From IMG/VR virus record IMGVR_UViG_3300027782_000029, positions 32,001 to 96,000 of that record: DNA of 64,000 nucleotides. One strand, written 5' to 3'. Below are positions 9,383-18,778 of the stretch, piece by piece. The DNA comes from a virus. Lineage: Duplodnaviria; Caudoviricetes. Within the stretch, counting starts at the first letter, position 1. Every line of letters starts with the position of its first letter. The translations under genes were made by a program, and so were the position numbers. Under the pieces are notes generated by a model. It had not been told where the DNA came from, made no database searches, and saw only the letters and a program-made list of their open reading frames with translations.

Positions 9383-11818
9383 TTATCCCCCATAAAGGTG
9401 ATCGTATTTATTTGGTCCCATTCTTGTGTGACCAATTTTGTTTCTGTCTAAATTTCCAACAACTCCAGCTGTTGTTAATGGATCTCTTCTTGAAGATGTC
9501 ATTCCAGCGGTTGATTGAAAACTACTATTAGCTCTTCTTATTTGCCCATTTGCTTCTACTGGCTGATCTTGCATTGTCTCATCGTACATACTGCTTTCTT
9601 GAGACTTGTTGTACATATAGTAACCAGCTGCAGCAACGCCAACACCAAGAGCTGCTAAACCTATTTTAGGTTTTAATCTTTGAAAAGCTTCTGCTATATT
9701 TTCATCTCTAAAACTTCTTCCAAGACCTTTTGATGAAAAATTCTTTTTTAATCCTTTTAAGAATTTAGAGTCTTCCGCCATTCTTCCAGAAGTAGCTCTA
9801 TATGAACTAGTTACTTCCTGAGCTGCTTCTCCACTTCTTATCTTGGCTGCCGCTGCTACATCATCTGTGGTTCCCATGTCAAGAATTCTTGTTGTTGTAT
9901 CATCTATTCTTCCTTGAAATGACCCATACCCTTCTCCAGCCTCAGACATAGAAAAATTAATACCCCTTTGTGCTGGCAATACGTCATTGTCGCTTATTTC
10001 TTCCATGAGTGCTTTAGCACCTTCTGCAATGTCTCCTGTTATATTGTGAGTAGCTAAACCTCTATTCCTTAGAGAATAATACACTTCTCGTTTTACAACA
10101 TCTATACCGTCTTTAAGTTTTGTAGTAACCATTCTTGCTTGGTCTACATCAGAAAAATGGCCCATTTCAACAAGTTGTTCTGATGTTTTTTGGTCAACTA
10201 AAGTTTTTAATTTTTCCACACCTTGGTCTGCAATTTCTGCAGCCCTTCTGCGACTCATGACTGCTCCAGACTCTTGTGCAGCTAAATCCCCAAGCACTAC
10301 GTTAATGATTTTACCTTCGGGTGTGTCAACTGCTGATAGTCCAAATTTATTTGCTTTGTAATCAGCTATAAATTCATCACTAAGAAGTTTATATTTTGAT
10401 AAACCGTCACTTCCAGTAACTTCTATATCTTTTATTATAGACGCTGGCAGCATTACTCTTGAAACTTCATCTGGAGATTTGCCATACAGTCTTACAAATT
10501 GTTGTTCTTCAAAATGAGACACCCCAAATTCACTTAACAGTTTTGAATCAGACTTTCCAACTCTGTTAAATTGATTAACTTTAGCCATCAATTCTGTATC
10601 AGTTAAATCATCCAGCGTTTCCCCTGCTGCAGATGCTTTTAATTGTTTAGCTAGGTGACGATCTTTAATAACAGAAGCAGCATAGCCTTCTGGCGTACTG
10701 GCAGAAGGTACGTTATATGGAACTGAAGAAGTCATTGTTGCTAGTTCGACAAAGTTTCTCCTTAGATAAGGATCATCAATAACTCCTCCTATCCCAGACT
10801 TAGAAAGAGTTTCAAGATAGCTATCTTTTTGAGCTTCAGTAATTATTCCAAATGTTTTAGATATGTTACGTGAAATTTCTGTTTTTTGAAATATGTCTGG
10901 TCTTGTACTAAAATCGGTAAATCCAATCTGTTCCCTTGTAGCTGCAAGTCCTTCTATTAGTCTTTGGTCTATGTCTGCATCTCCGCCATGCATCATTGCT
11001 TCTACTAAATCCATTGGAGAAGTTTTAAGCGTTGGAGAGATACTAGAACCCTTGCTTATTCCATCTAGAACGCCAAGCATTCTAGACTGCTGACCATAGC
11101 TTATTCCAGAGTCTATTACCTCACTGCTTCCCTTTAGCGCATCATCTTTTAGCATTAGCATTTGTTGTTGAATGCGAGCTTGTGTTGCGCTCTTGTCCAA
11201 AATTGTTTCTGAAACTTCTCCTGTTGCTCTATCCGTAAGTGATTCTATGAAAGAACCTTTTCTTCCAGAATAACTAATAATAGAACCAGTGTCTGTGCTT
11301 AATTTAACTCCCCTCATTCCCTCCTCTGTTTGGGTGGCATAGTTAAAAACTGCGTCAGACATATGCTGTGCATGTGCAATATTTGTTGTTGGAGTTGGAG
11401 GTGCGGCCTTGGCTATGTTTCTTCTTATGTCCTTTAAGTGCTGAGGAAGGTGTGCTGTCCCTTGTGCTAGATCTAATCTTCCATCTAATATGAATTGAGC
11501 CATATAATTTGTTAAAATTGTATCTGTTTGAGCCATGTGGTTACCTTTAGCTAGGTTCGTCAAAAAGTCTGCACCGTCGGAACCGCCATGTTTTTCTATT
11601 AATTCTAAAAGATTAGTATTTAATGTTATATTTTCTATACCAAATGGAGTAGCCTTTCCACCAATTGAAGCTTTAGCTAAAGTTTCTGGAGCAAACAATG
11701 CCGATCTAAGTTTACTCGCTCTAGCAAGATCATTAGTCTCTCCAGCTATCGATGCAAAAGCTTTGTCGGTTAAATATTCTTTAGCTAAATCTAAAGTGTT
11801 AATTACTTTTCCGTTCTT
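9383..11818 (-). CDS. C-terminal part of a large DEDDh-exonuclease fusion protein (frame is open from 11818; ORF track starts at TTG 11698)
   Basis: The frame upstream of 11698 reads KNGKVINTLDLAKEYL and later NHMAQTD (ExoIII H-x4-D), completing the exonuclease begun in 11799..12911; hydrophobic IGLAALGVGVAAAGYYMY near the C-terminus. Confidence 0.7.
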   Translation of the reverse strand, partial: KNGKVINTLDLAKEYLTDKAFASIAGETNDLARASKLRSALFAPETLAKASIGGKATPFGIENITLNTNLLELIEKHGGSDGADFLTNLAKGNHMAQTDTILTNYMAQFILDGRLDLAQGTAHLPQHLKDIRRNIAKAAPPTPTTNIAHAQHMSDAVFNYATQTEEGMRGVKLSTDTGSIISYSGRKGSFIESLTDRATGEVSETILDKSATQARIQQQMLMLKDDALKGSSEVIDSGISYGQQSRMLGVLDGISKGSSISPTLKTSPMDLVEAMMHGGDADIDQRLIEGLAATREQIGFTDFSTRPDIFQKTEISRNISKTFGIITEAQKDSYLETLSKSGIGGVIDDPYLRRNFVELATMTSSVPYNVPSASTPEGYAASVIKDRHLAKQLKASAAGETLDDLTDTELMAKVNQFNRVGKSDSKLLSEFGVSHFEEQQFVRLYGKSPDEVSRVMLPASIIKDIEVTGSDGLSKYKLLSDEFIADYKANKFGLSAVDTPEGKIINVVLGDLAAQESGAVMSRRRAAEIADQGVEKLKTLVDQKTSEQLVEMGHFSDVDQARMVTTKLKDGIDVVKREVYYSLRNRGLATHNITGDIAEGAKALMEEISDNDVLPAQRGINFSMSEAGEGYGSFQGRIDDTTTRILDMGTTDDVAAAAKIRSGEAAQEVTSSYRATSGRMAEDSKFLKGLKKNFSSKGLGRSFRDENIAEAFQRLKPKIGLAALGVGVAAAGYYMYNKSQESSMYDETMQDQPVEANGQIRRANSSFQSTAGMTSSRRDPLTTAGVVGNLDRNKIGHTRMGPNKYDHLYGG

Positions 11819-12911
11819 TTACCATAGTTTGAAAACCTTCAAAAAGATTTGCTGCTTCTGCGTCTTTAAAAAAATCTTCACCTAAACTAAAAATAGAAGT
11901 ATGTATTTTTTCAATGTCAAATTTTGCGTTATGAAAAAGTAAAAAATCATTGTCTGCCATTTTTCTAAAAACATTTTTATACTGTTCAACTGCACCAAGT
12001 CTTCCTTCTGGAGTGAGTAAGTCTTTCATGTCAAGACTTGCACCAAAAGTATCTACTGTTCTTTCATAATTAAAAGCTGCTTTTGCCAAGTTTGTTGTTC
12101 CGCCTCCAGCTTCTGGAACCGTAATCATCTGCATTTCTCTAGTGCTAAAGTGTGCTGAGAAAACAGGATCATTAACTCCAGCTCCTGGCATATTGCCAAA
12201 TTGAATTTCTGTAGCAGCTAATGATCTCACTTCTGACAATGGCCCTAATCCAGATGTTTCAGTGTCGAGTGTCATTATTTTAGCGTTTCTTCCAGAAGAA
12301 ACTATATCATCTAATATTTGCCTAGTCTTTCCCATGTTTTCAAGTGTTTGCGAACTGGGCAATGAACTAGTTCCAAATCCAAATGCTCTTACACCCTCTT
12401 TGGTCGGATCTATGCTTATTGTTAAAGAATTCAATAAATTTGCAGCGTGATGATTTGCGTTGCGTACATCTATTCCGTATCTTCCTGCAGCAGTAAATAG
12501 GTTGCTACTTGGAAGAGGTTGTGATGGTGCACCAAACTTTTTTAAAACGCCCTCCATGTTAAGAAGTTCGTCTGACTGTATCAGGTTCTTTAGCTGTGTT
12601 CTATTGTTTATATTTTTTATAAGACTAAAGTTCATTACAGGACTTGACTGCGCTGCTTCTAACATTCTTTTTTGCGCTATAGACATATTCTTTGGCATTT
12701 CTTGTGCTAAAAAATTCTTGTATATACCTTCAAGATTTTTATACCTTTCCATAAAATCGTCTGAAGATCCGTACATTCTATTTATTTCTGCACTACCAAT
12801 AGGATTGCGAAGACCTCTACTAATTTTTGCTGCTATATCAGATCTATCAGCACTAAGGCCTCGCATTGGCAATTCTAATAACTTTAAGTATTCGTCTAGA
12901 AAGTTAGCCAT
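11799..12911 (-). CDS. N-terminal part of the DEDDh 3'-5' exonuclease fusion protein
   Basis: ExoI LDTETSG and ExoII FHNAKFD motifs; ORF stops in the middle of the domain. Confidence 0.75.
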   Translation of the reverse strand: MANFLDEYLKLLELPMRGLSADRSDIAAKISRGLRNPIGSAEINRMYGSSDDFMERYKNLEGIYKNFLAQEMPKNMSIAQKRMLEAAQSSPVMNFSLIKNINNRTQLKNLIQSDELLNMEGVLKKFGAPSQPLPSSNLFTAAGRYGIDVRNANHHAANLLNSLTISIDPTKEGVRAFGFGTSSLPSSQTLENMGKTRQILDDIVSSGRNAKIMTLDTETSGLGPLSEVRSLAATEIQFGNMPGAGVNDPVFSAHFSTREMQMITVPEAGGGTTNLAKAAFNYERTVDTFGASLDMKDLLTPEGRLGAVEQYKNVFRKMADNDFLLFHNAKFDIEKIHTSIFSLGEDFFKDAEAANLFEGFQTMVKERKSN

Positions 12912-13623
12912 TATCTTTTTCCGTTGAAGCCTCTATGTATTCGTCTATTTCAATAGTTCCAAGTTTTTGTTTAAGAAGTTTTTCTCTTTGATTTTCAATT
13001 GATTGAACTTTATTAATAATGTCAGAAATAGCTTGGGCAGTATCGAGCTGTACCTGTCCAACTTTTGCTTTTGCTTCTCTTGTTGCAAGAAGTTGATTTC
13101 TTAAATCTTTTCTTCTCTTGTGTAGTTTGTCTTCAAGTTCTACTGCAAGATGCAATTCTTTTTTAAGGATTGGTTGGCCGTCTTGATCAATTCCAATAAC
13201 ATTTTCTTGAATGAAATGCTCTTTTGCTAACAGCTTAGTTTTTCTTAAGTACTGAACTTCTTGATCTACAAGATCTCTTACCATAGATACTTCAATAAGA
13301 TTGTTTGGATTGACGTCTAATTGTTCAAGATACTCTACAGTGAATTGAGAAACCATTGCCATCTCTATTGGGCATGGATTTCCTCTTGGTGCCAAGCTCT
13401 CTTTCAATAAAGGGCATGTTGAAGCAAAGATGCACTTCTCTGCTTCACAGTTCATTGGGATAGATGAAAACATTGCGTTGCGCGTTTTTTGCGGACGAAT
13501 AAGTTCTATTGCTTTATCTTTATCTTCTTCTGTCCAAGATTCTGGAAAAAACAAATCTGGTCTTAAAGACTCAAACTGTTTCATAAAATAATTCTTGTTT
13601 TCACTTTTTTCTATATTAGACAT
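12904..13623 (-). CDS. Cys-cluster protein with C-terminal coiled coil (possible terminase small subunit or metal-binding protein)
   Basis: C-x4-C-x5-C-x10-C cluster; likely start MSNIEK at 13623, overlapping the upstream stop. Confidence 0.45.
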   Translation of the reverse strand: MSNIEKSENKNYFMKQFESLRPDLFFPESWTEEDKDKAIELIRPQKTRNAMFSSIPMNCEAEKCIFASTCPLLKESLAPRGNPCPIEMAMVSQFTVEYLEQLDVNPNNLIEVSMVRDLVDQEVQYLRKTKLLAKEHFIQENVIGIDQDGQPILKKELHLAVELEDKLHKRRKDLRNQLLATREAKAKVGQVQLDTAQAISDIINKVQSIENQREKLLKQKLGTIEIDEYIEASTEKDNG

Positions 13624-13789
13624 TAAAATCAATCCACTCTGACCTAAATAAACCTCGTTCATCAAAATGTTCTATTAATGAACTTTTACACTTCATACAA
13701 TAATAATCTCTTGTATAAATAAAATCTTCTTCTTGGATGTAATACTCAATTACGTTTTGTAATTTTTCAAGACACCTTGGGCATTGCAT
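13616..13789 (-). CDS. Small zinc-ribbon protein (not in the ORF track)
   Basis: 57 aa MQCPRCLEK...YYCMKCKS with two CxxC pairs; fills the gap between neighbouring genes. Confidence 0.7.
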   Translation of the reverse strand: MQCPRCLEKLQNVIEYYIQEEDFIYTRDYYCMKCKSSLIEHFDERGLFRSEWIDFNV

Positions 13790-13792
13790 TTA

Positions 13793-14203
13793 CTACCTGT
13801 CCATTAATATTTCACTTAAGCTTTTTTGAAGCTTTTCAACTATTTCAATATTAGTTCCAGCATTAGTAAAAAGACCAATCTCTCTCATTTGGTCAGCTGT
13901 CAAAGAAGAGTTCATAATATATCTTGCGCCTTTGCATATATCGCAATAGTTTTCTCTATCATCGCTTGCACAGATACATGGGTCTATTATGCTAAAGAAC
14001 TCCAAAGCTTTTGCAATATCATACCATCTTGCTTTAAAAGATTTTTTTGTTTGCTCTTTATAAGCCCTAAGCTTTGCTTGATCTGAGGAAAGTAATGTTC
14101 CCATATCAAGTGCTTGTTTCATCAATTCTGTAATAGTTTTATATAAAAAGTTTGGCAATTCAAAATCGCCATTTTCATTAATAAAATTTTTCCAATCATT
14201 CAT
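13793..14203 (-). CDS. Hypothetical protein with CxC...CxxC zinc motif
   Basis: 136-aa ORF, PCICASDDRENYCDICKG. Confidence 0.6.
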   Translation of the reverse strand: MNDWKNFINENGDFELPNFLYKTITELMKQALDMGTLLSSDQAKLRAYKEQTKKSFKARWYDIAKALEFFSIIDPCICASDDRENYCDICKGARYIMNSSLTADQMREIGLFTNAGTNIEIVEKLQKSLSEILMDR

Positions 14204-14235
14204 AACATTTCACATCTTTCTTATTATAAAAGTAA

Positions 14236-14559
14236 TTAGGCGTTTCTTCCAGACCCTTGCGCAGTTCTTGGTGGCTTATAAGAGTTACCTCTTCTTGATC
14301 GACTATGAATTGCCCCAAGTCCTCCAACCGCAGCTCCAACTCTTGCTATGCCCTGGCTTCTTTGTCTAGAACGTATTGCAGCGTTGCGTATAAAATCTCC
14401 ACCAGGTGTGCCTCCTGCATTAGTTATCATTTCTGCCATTTTAGTAGCTCTGCCTATATGTGTAGCAGCTTTTCTTCCAGGTTCACTGCCAAACAAATAT
14501 TTAGCAGCCCTTTCAGAATCCATAAACAAAGCTTTTCCAACTATACCTCTCATACCCAT
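14236..14559 (-). CDS. Small basic Gly/Ala/Arg-rich protein (putative virion core)
   Basis: 107 aa; composition like 7380..9379. Confidence 0.5.
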   Translation of the reverse strand: MGMRGIVGKALFMDSERAAKYLFGSEPGRKAATHIGRATKMAEMITNAGGTPGGDFIRNAAIRSRQRSQGIARVGAAVGGLGAIHSRSRRGNSYKPPRTAQGSGRNA

Positions 14560-14568
14560 AATAATCTC

Positions 14569-14787
14569 CTAGTACTTGTACATTCCAGTAGGTCTTCCAG
14601 CAGTTTTGCTGACGCCCTTACCTCTTCTGCCACTGGTAACAAATTTAGCTGTAGCTAGTGCACCAGCTCCCATCATTCCAGCTTTATATGGATGACCCAT
14701 TGCATATTTAGCAACTTTGCTAGATGCAAACTTGCCTTTCTTTGCTGCTGCTGCTGCTCCGCCTACGGCTCCGCTACTCATATGCAC
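14569..14787 (-). CDS. Small basic Gly/Ala/Lys-rich protein
   Basis: 72 aa; GGAG RBS-like sequence and TACTAT hexamer upstream. Confidence 0.5.
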   Translation of the reverse strand: MHMSSGAVGGAAAAAKKGKFASSKVAKYAMGHPYKAGMMGAGALATAKFVTSGRRGKGVSKTAGRPTGMYKY

Positions 14788-14826
14788 TCCTATATTTATA
14801 GTTATATCTTTATATAGTAGCCATAA

Positions 14827-15891
14827 CTATTTAGTTACGTCCAATTTCTTTTGTGGTTTTTCAATTTCAAATTTAAAAGAGTTATTCTCAAACCCTATAT
14901 GAAAGGTAGTTCCTTTTGGCATGGGGGATGAAATAAGGGTATCAGCTATTAGATTCTCAATACCTTCTCTTCTGACTTGAGATAAGCCTCTCGCACCTTT
15001 TATGGTGTCAATACCTTTTTCTATTAAAGCTTGAATTACTTCATCTGTATATTCAACTTGATAGCCTTTTTTAGAAAGTTTATCTATGACTATCGACATT
15101 TCAATTCTTGCAATTTTTTCACAATCAATTTCAGACAAAAAATTAAATATTACAATTTTATCAATTCTATTTAAAAATTCTGGTTTAAATTGCTTCTTAA
15201 TAGCATCGTTTGTATTTCTTTCAATTATAGACCTATTTGGTATTATCTTAGTCCCTAGCTTGTAGGATATGTCCCTATTGAAGCCTGTGCCACTCGATAG
15301 TAGGTGATCGCTAGTTTTGTCGTTTCCAAGATTGGTGGTCATTATTATTATTGTATTTTTAAAGTTAACCACTTCACCTTTAGCATCTGTTAGGATGCCA
15401 TCGTCGAAAACCCTAAGAAAGGTGTTCCAGATATCTGGATGTGCTTTTTCAACCTCGTCAAGCAATACGACAGTTGAAGGATTTTGCTTTACTAGATTAA
15501 CTAGCTGACCACCTTCGTCATGACCAATATAGCCAGGAGGGGAACCTATTAGCTTTTGGTTCTCGTGTTTATGTTGAAATTCCCCACAATCAATTCTTAC
15601 CATTGGATATTCGTTTCCAAATAGATATTTATGAAGAGAGTTAGCAAGATGCGTTTTTCCGACACCAGAAGAACCGGCAAATAATAAAACACCTAATGGT
15701 CTATCCTCATCACCTAAGCCTACTTGAGATCTCTTAAGAGAACTAACTATAGCATCTATAGCTGGATCTTGACCTATAACAGAAGTCTTTAAATAGTTTT
15801 CTAATCCAAGAAACTTTTGTCTTGCAATTGGCTTTGGTTTCTTTATAGCATCTTTTTTCTTAGCTGGAAATGGATAATCGTCCATATCCAT
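14827..15891 (-). CDS. ClpA/ClpB-family AAA+ ATPase, second (D2) module only
   Basis: GSSGVGKT Walker A, LIGSPPGYIGHDEGGQL, LLDEVEKAHPD Walker B, FKPEFLNRID, GARGL. Confidence 0.92.
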   Translation of the reverse strand: MDMDDYPFPAKKKDAIKKPKPIARQKFLGLENYLKTSVIGQDPAIDAIVSSLKRSQVGLGDEDRPLGVLLFAGSSGVGKTHLANSLHKYLFGNEYPMVRIDCGEFQHKHENQKLIGSPPGYIGHDEGGQLVNLVKQNPSTVVLLDEVEKAHPDIWNTFLRVFDDGILTDAKGEVVNFKNTIIIMTTNLGNDKTSDHLLSSGTGFNRDISYKLGTKIIPNRSIIERNTNDAIKKQFKPEFLNRIDKIVIFNFLSEIDCEKIARIEMSIVIDKLSKKGYQVEYTDEVIQALIEKGIDTIKGARGLSQVRREGIENLIADTLISSPMPKGTTFHIGFENNSFKFEIEKPQKKLDVTK

Positions 15892-16309
15892 CTTTTTGTT
15901 TCCGATTCTTCTTAAAGTTTTTTAAAGAATCAAGAAAAGCTTTTGAAAAATCATCATCTTCATTAGAGTCATCTTCCTTATCCGCCATTGGTGGGCCATA
16001 AGATAAAGCTACCCATGAGTCGACATCTAGCCCAGGGTTAAGCATTATGCATCCTGTGTATAGTGCGTCTAAACAAGATTCAGCTGCTCTGCGTGACATT
16101 AGTCTAAGAGACTCTGTTATATCACCTTTTAAGTTAAAAATAAAATTCTCTATAATAGACTTACGGTAGAGAATATAGTATTCACTCTCACTTTTGTCGT
16201 CTTTTGAAAAAGAAAGTGATTCAAGAAATGTTTGAACATCTTCTGGCTCTAGCACTTTGAACTTAACAAATGTTGCTAGTTCAGGCATATATATTTGATA
16301 TATTCTCAA
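15860..16309 (-). CDS. Hypothetical protein, possibly the N-terminal domain of the Clp ATPase
   Basis: 149 aa overlapping the Clp ORF by 32 nt across A-runs. Confidence 0.6.
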   Translation of the reverse strand: MRIYQIYMPELATFVKFKVLEPEDVQTFLESLSFSKDDKSESEYYILYRKSIIENFIFNLKGDITESLRLMSRRAAESCLDALYTGCIMLNPGLDVDSWVALSYGPPMADKEDDSNEDDDFSKAFLDSLKNFKKNRKQKDGYGRLSISS

Positions 16310-16493
16310 GTTGACTCACACTTCTATTTAAATATAGTTATATAGTAACTATAAAAATAAATTGAGTCAATGCTTACCTGTATCAGGGTACGCTTTTATT
16401 ATTGACTTGCCTGGATAAGTATCAACTAACGGATAGACGATAGCTTCTCTCTCTAATATCCAGTATACCACTACTGTCAAGTGGTTTGTCAAC

Positions 16494-16685
16494 TCAATCG
16501 TCAATAATATCTTCTATTGCAGGATGTGGTTCCATGCAGGGTCCAGACATTGCCCAATACGCTACTAAATCATGAGGGGTGTTAAATCTCTTCTTTAGTA
16601 AAATTAAAGCACGTTGAAAGTCTGTATTTATTTCTGCTCTGTTTTCCACTTTTGTCCTTTTTGTCGTGATATACTTGCGACTCAA
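16494..16685 (-). CDS. Small hypothetical protein
   Basis: 63-aa ORF divergent from the recA unit. Confidence 0.45.
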   Translation of the reverse strand: MSRKYITTKRTKVENRAEINTDFQRALILLKKRFNTPHDLVAYWAMSGPCMEPHPAIEDIIDD

Positions 16686-16709
16686 TTATATCACAAGGAC
16701 CAATTTATT

Positions 16710-16880
16710 ATGGCAAAAATGACAGATGACGCAGTGCTACTAAAGAAACTATATGCTCTTTTAGAAGTTGTCAAAAAAGAAACGTTAGGTGCTGACTATC
16801 AAAGACGCCTTGAAATGAAAGACGTACAAGCTAAGATAGAAGAAAAGATACTATCAATGCGCATGACTACAGATGCCTAA
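16710..16880 (+). CDS. Small hypothetical protein (MAKMTDD...)
   Basis: AAGGA RBS before ATG 16710; charged helical sequence. Confidence 0.5.
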   Translation: MAKMTDDAVLLKKLYALLEVVKKETLGADYQRRLEMKDVQAKIEEKILSMRMTTDA

Positions 16881-16930
16881 CTATGGTATCATTATGTCTA
16901 TACATAAAACGAAAGTAGGATCCACTACAT

Positions 16931-17905
16931 ATGGACGAATCAAAACAACTTGAACTAGCCATTGCTCAAATAGAAAAGCAATTCGGTGCTGGTTCAGTAA
17001 TGAGATTAGGTTCTTCAGATTTTGAATCTTGGCCAGCTGTGCCAACAGGTGCATTGTCATTAGATAGAATCTTAGGTATTGGCGGTTTGCCAAGAGGTCG
17101 TGTAGTAGAAATCTATGGTCCAGAATCTTCTGGTAAATCAACTCTTGCTTTATCTGTTGTAGCACAGGCTCAAAAGATGGGTCTCCGTTGTGCTTACATT
17201 GATGCAGAGCATGCACTTGACCCAGTTTATATGCAAGCCTTGGGCGTTGATCTAGACGAACTGCTATTGGCTCAGCCAGACTACGGCGAGCAAGGACTAG
17301 AGATTGTTGACAAGCTTATTAGAACTGGTGAGATTGGCGTTATAGTTGTTGACTCAGTTGCTTCACTGATTCCTAAGGCAGAGCTAGAAGGCGAGATGGA
17401 GTCCGCTCAGATGGGTCTACAAGCCCGTATGATGGCCAAAGCAATGCGTAAGCTAGTTGGGCTAGCTAATCAGCATAAAACTCTTATTATCTTCATTAAT
17501 CAATTAAGAAGCAAGATTGGCATTATGTTTGGTAATCCTGAAACCACCCCTGGTGGCATGGCACTTAAGTATGCTTGTTCTGTTCGTATTGACATCCGCA
17601 AGAAGGAAGACATCAAGGATAAGACAGGCAATGCTGTAGGCATTGTTTCTAAGGTTAAGATAATTAAAAATAAGATGGCACCCCCAATGAAGATTACTGA
17701 GTTCTCTATCATATATGGAACTGGCATCGACCAGTATGGATGTGTGCTAGACGTTGCAATCGCAGATGGCTTGTTTACTCAAAAGGGTGCATGGATCTAT
17801 TACGGTGGAGAACTATTCGCACAAGGTAGAGAAAATGCACTTACGCAGCTGCGTGACAACGCTGAACTTTTTGAAGAAGTTAAGAAACAGCTAAACAATG
17901 CCTGA
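16931..17905 (+). CDS. recA: RecA recombinase
   Basis: GGLPRGRVVEIYGPESSGKSTL, YIDAEHALDP, VVDSVASL, LQARMM, FINQLR, PETTPGG, KNKMAPP. Confidence 0.97.
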   Translation: MDESKQLELAIAQIEKQFGAGSVMRLGSSDFESWPAVPTGALSLDRILGIGGLPRGRVVEIYGPESSGKSTLALSVVAQAQKMGLRCAYIDAEHALDPVYMQALGVDLDELLLAQPDYGEQGLEIVDKLIRTGEIGVIVVDSVASLIPKAELEGEMESAQMGLQARMMAKAMRKLVGLANQHKTLIIFINQLRSKIGIMFGNPETTPGGMALKYACSVRIDIRKKEDIKDKTGNAVGIVSKVKIIKNKMAPPMKITEFSIIYGTGIDQYGCVLDVAIADGLFTQKGAWIYYGGELFAQGRENALTQLRDNAELFEEVKKQLNNA

Positions 17906-18062
17906 TAGTAAAAAGGGAATTGTAGTGGAACCGTGTACTGAATGTCCGGTTCCAACAAATTTTATAATTAAAAACCTCCCAGTTGATGACGCCGGCAGAC
18001 AGAGATGTGGTGTTGAGTGCAGAGAGTGTGGAGACAAATGGACGGAGATTACAGATGAATGA
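17898..18062 (+). CDS. Small zinc-ribbon protein (not in the ORF track)
   Basis: 54 aa MPDSKKGIVVEPCTECP...ECRECGDKW with two CxxC; overlaps the recA stop. Confidence 0.7.
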   Translation: MPDSKKGIVVEPCTECPVPTNFIIKNLPVDDAGRQRCGVECRECGDKWTEITDE

Positions 18063-18387
18063 ATTTGAAGAAGCAGAATACGAAAAGTATCTTAGTCAAT
18101 GGGAGACAGAGTTCTCATCACGCAAAAACGTAGATAAGAGAATCAAGGACTTTCAGAACTTTGAGATCAAGGTTCCTAAGGCTAACTCTGAGATAGCTTA
18201 TTACCTTAAAGAGTATAACGATTTTGCGCAACAAAAAAAGAACAGTAAGGTTTATGACTGGGCTAAAGAAGCTCCTGAACAAACAGATGCTGAGATTTTT
18301 ATAGAGAAGGCTGAAGATCTTGTGGAAAACATTCACAACGCTCTTCAAGATCTTTTAGAGTTTCTATACGATAAATACGACGTCTAA
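18055..18387 (+). CDS. Acidic hypothetical protein
   Basis: Likely start MNEFEE at 18055, overlapping the previous stop. Confidence 0.55.
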   Translation: MNEFEEAEYEKYLSQWETEFSSRKNVDKRIKDFQNFEIKVPKANSEIAYYLKEYNDFAQQKKNSKVYDWAKEAPEQTDAEIFIEKAEDLVENIHNALQDLLEFLYDKYDV

Positions 18388-18475
18388 GTTACTATAAAGA
18401 TGTAAACAAAAACCCGCCTAATTTTTTTCGGGTCAAATATTTTTTTTAAAATAAACCACAGAGGGGTAGTGTCTC

Positions 18476-18778
18476 ATGGATTCATTTAGAGAATTATTAA
18501 ACGAAATACTCCAAAACATCCAAGCTAGCAAGGATCAGGCGACGCTTGACGAGTTCTACGAGTCAACTGCTCACAGTGACCTAATTGCCACGTTTCATAC
18601 ACGCAGTGACAGTATGGTGGTCGTTTCTATGTTTGACATTGACCAATGGTCGCTTATCTCAGACATGGCTGCTTTTATGGGAAAATCCACAGAAGAAATT
18701 ATAGAAGAGTTAGATCCTTCTAGCCCCAACATTATGGTGATGAAGCCAGAAGACCTACCTAACTTTGGTGAACTCTAA
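18476..18778 (+). CDS. Acidic hypothetical protein
   Basis: 100-aa ORF with GAGG RBS. Confidence 0.55.
   Translation: MDSFRELLNEILQNIQASKDQATLDEFYESTAHSDLIATFHTRSDSMVVVSMFDIDQWSLISDMAAFMGKSTEEIIEELDPSSPNIMVMKPEDLPNFGEL

Noticed and set aside
611-15508. Plus-strand ORFs overlapping the structural genes (e.g. 611..808, 1283..1609, 8008..8763, 11535..11885, 12460..12927)
   Set aside because: Antisense shadows of long minus-strand genes, with no RBS or motif.
15915-15925. Programmed -1 slippery site T TTA AAA in the 149-aa ORF
   Set aside because: A -1 shift hits a stop within a few codons; only a +1 change joins the Clp frame.
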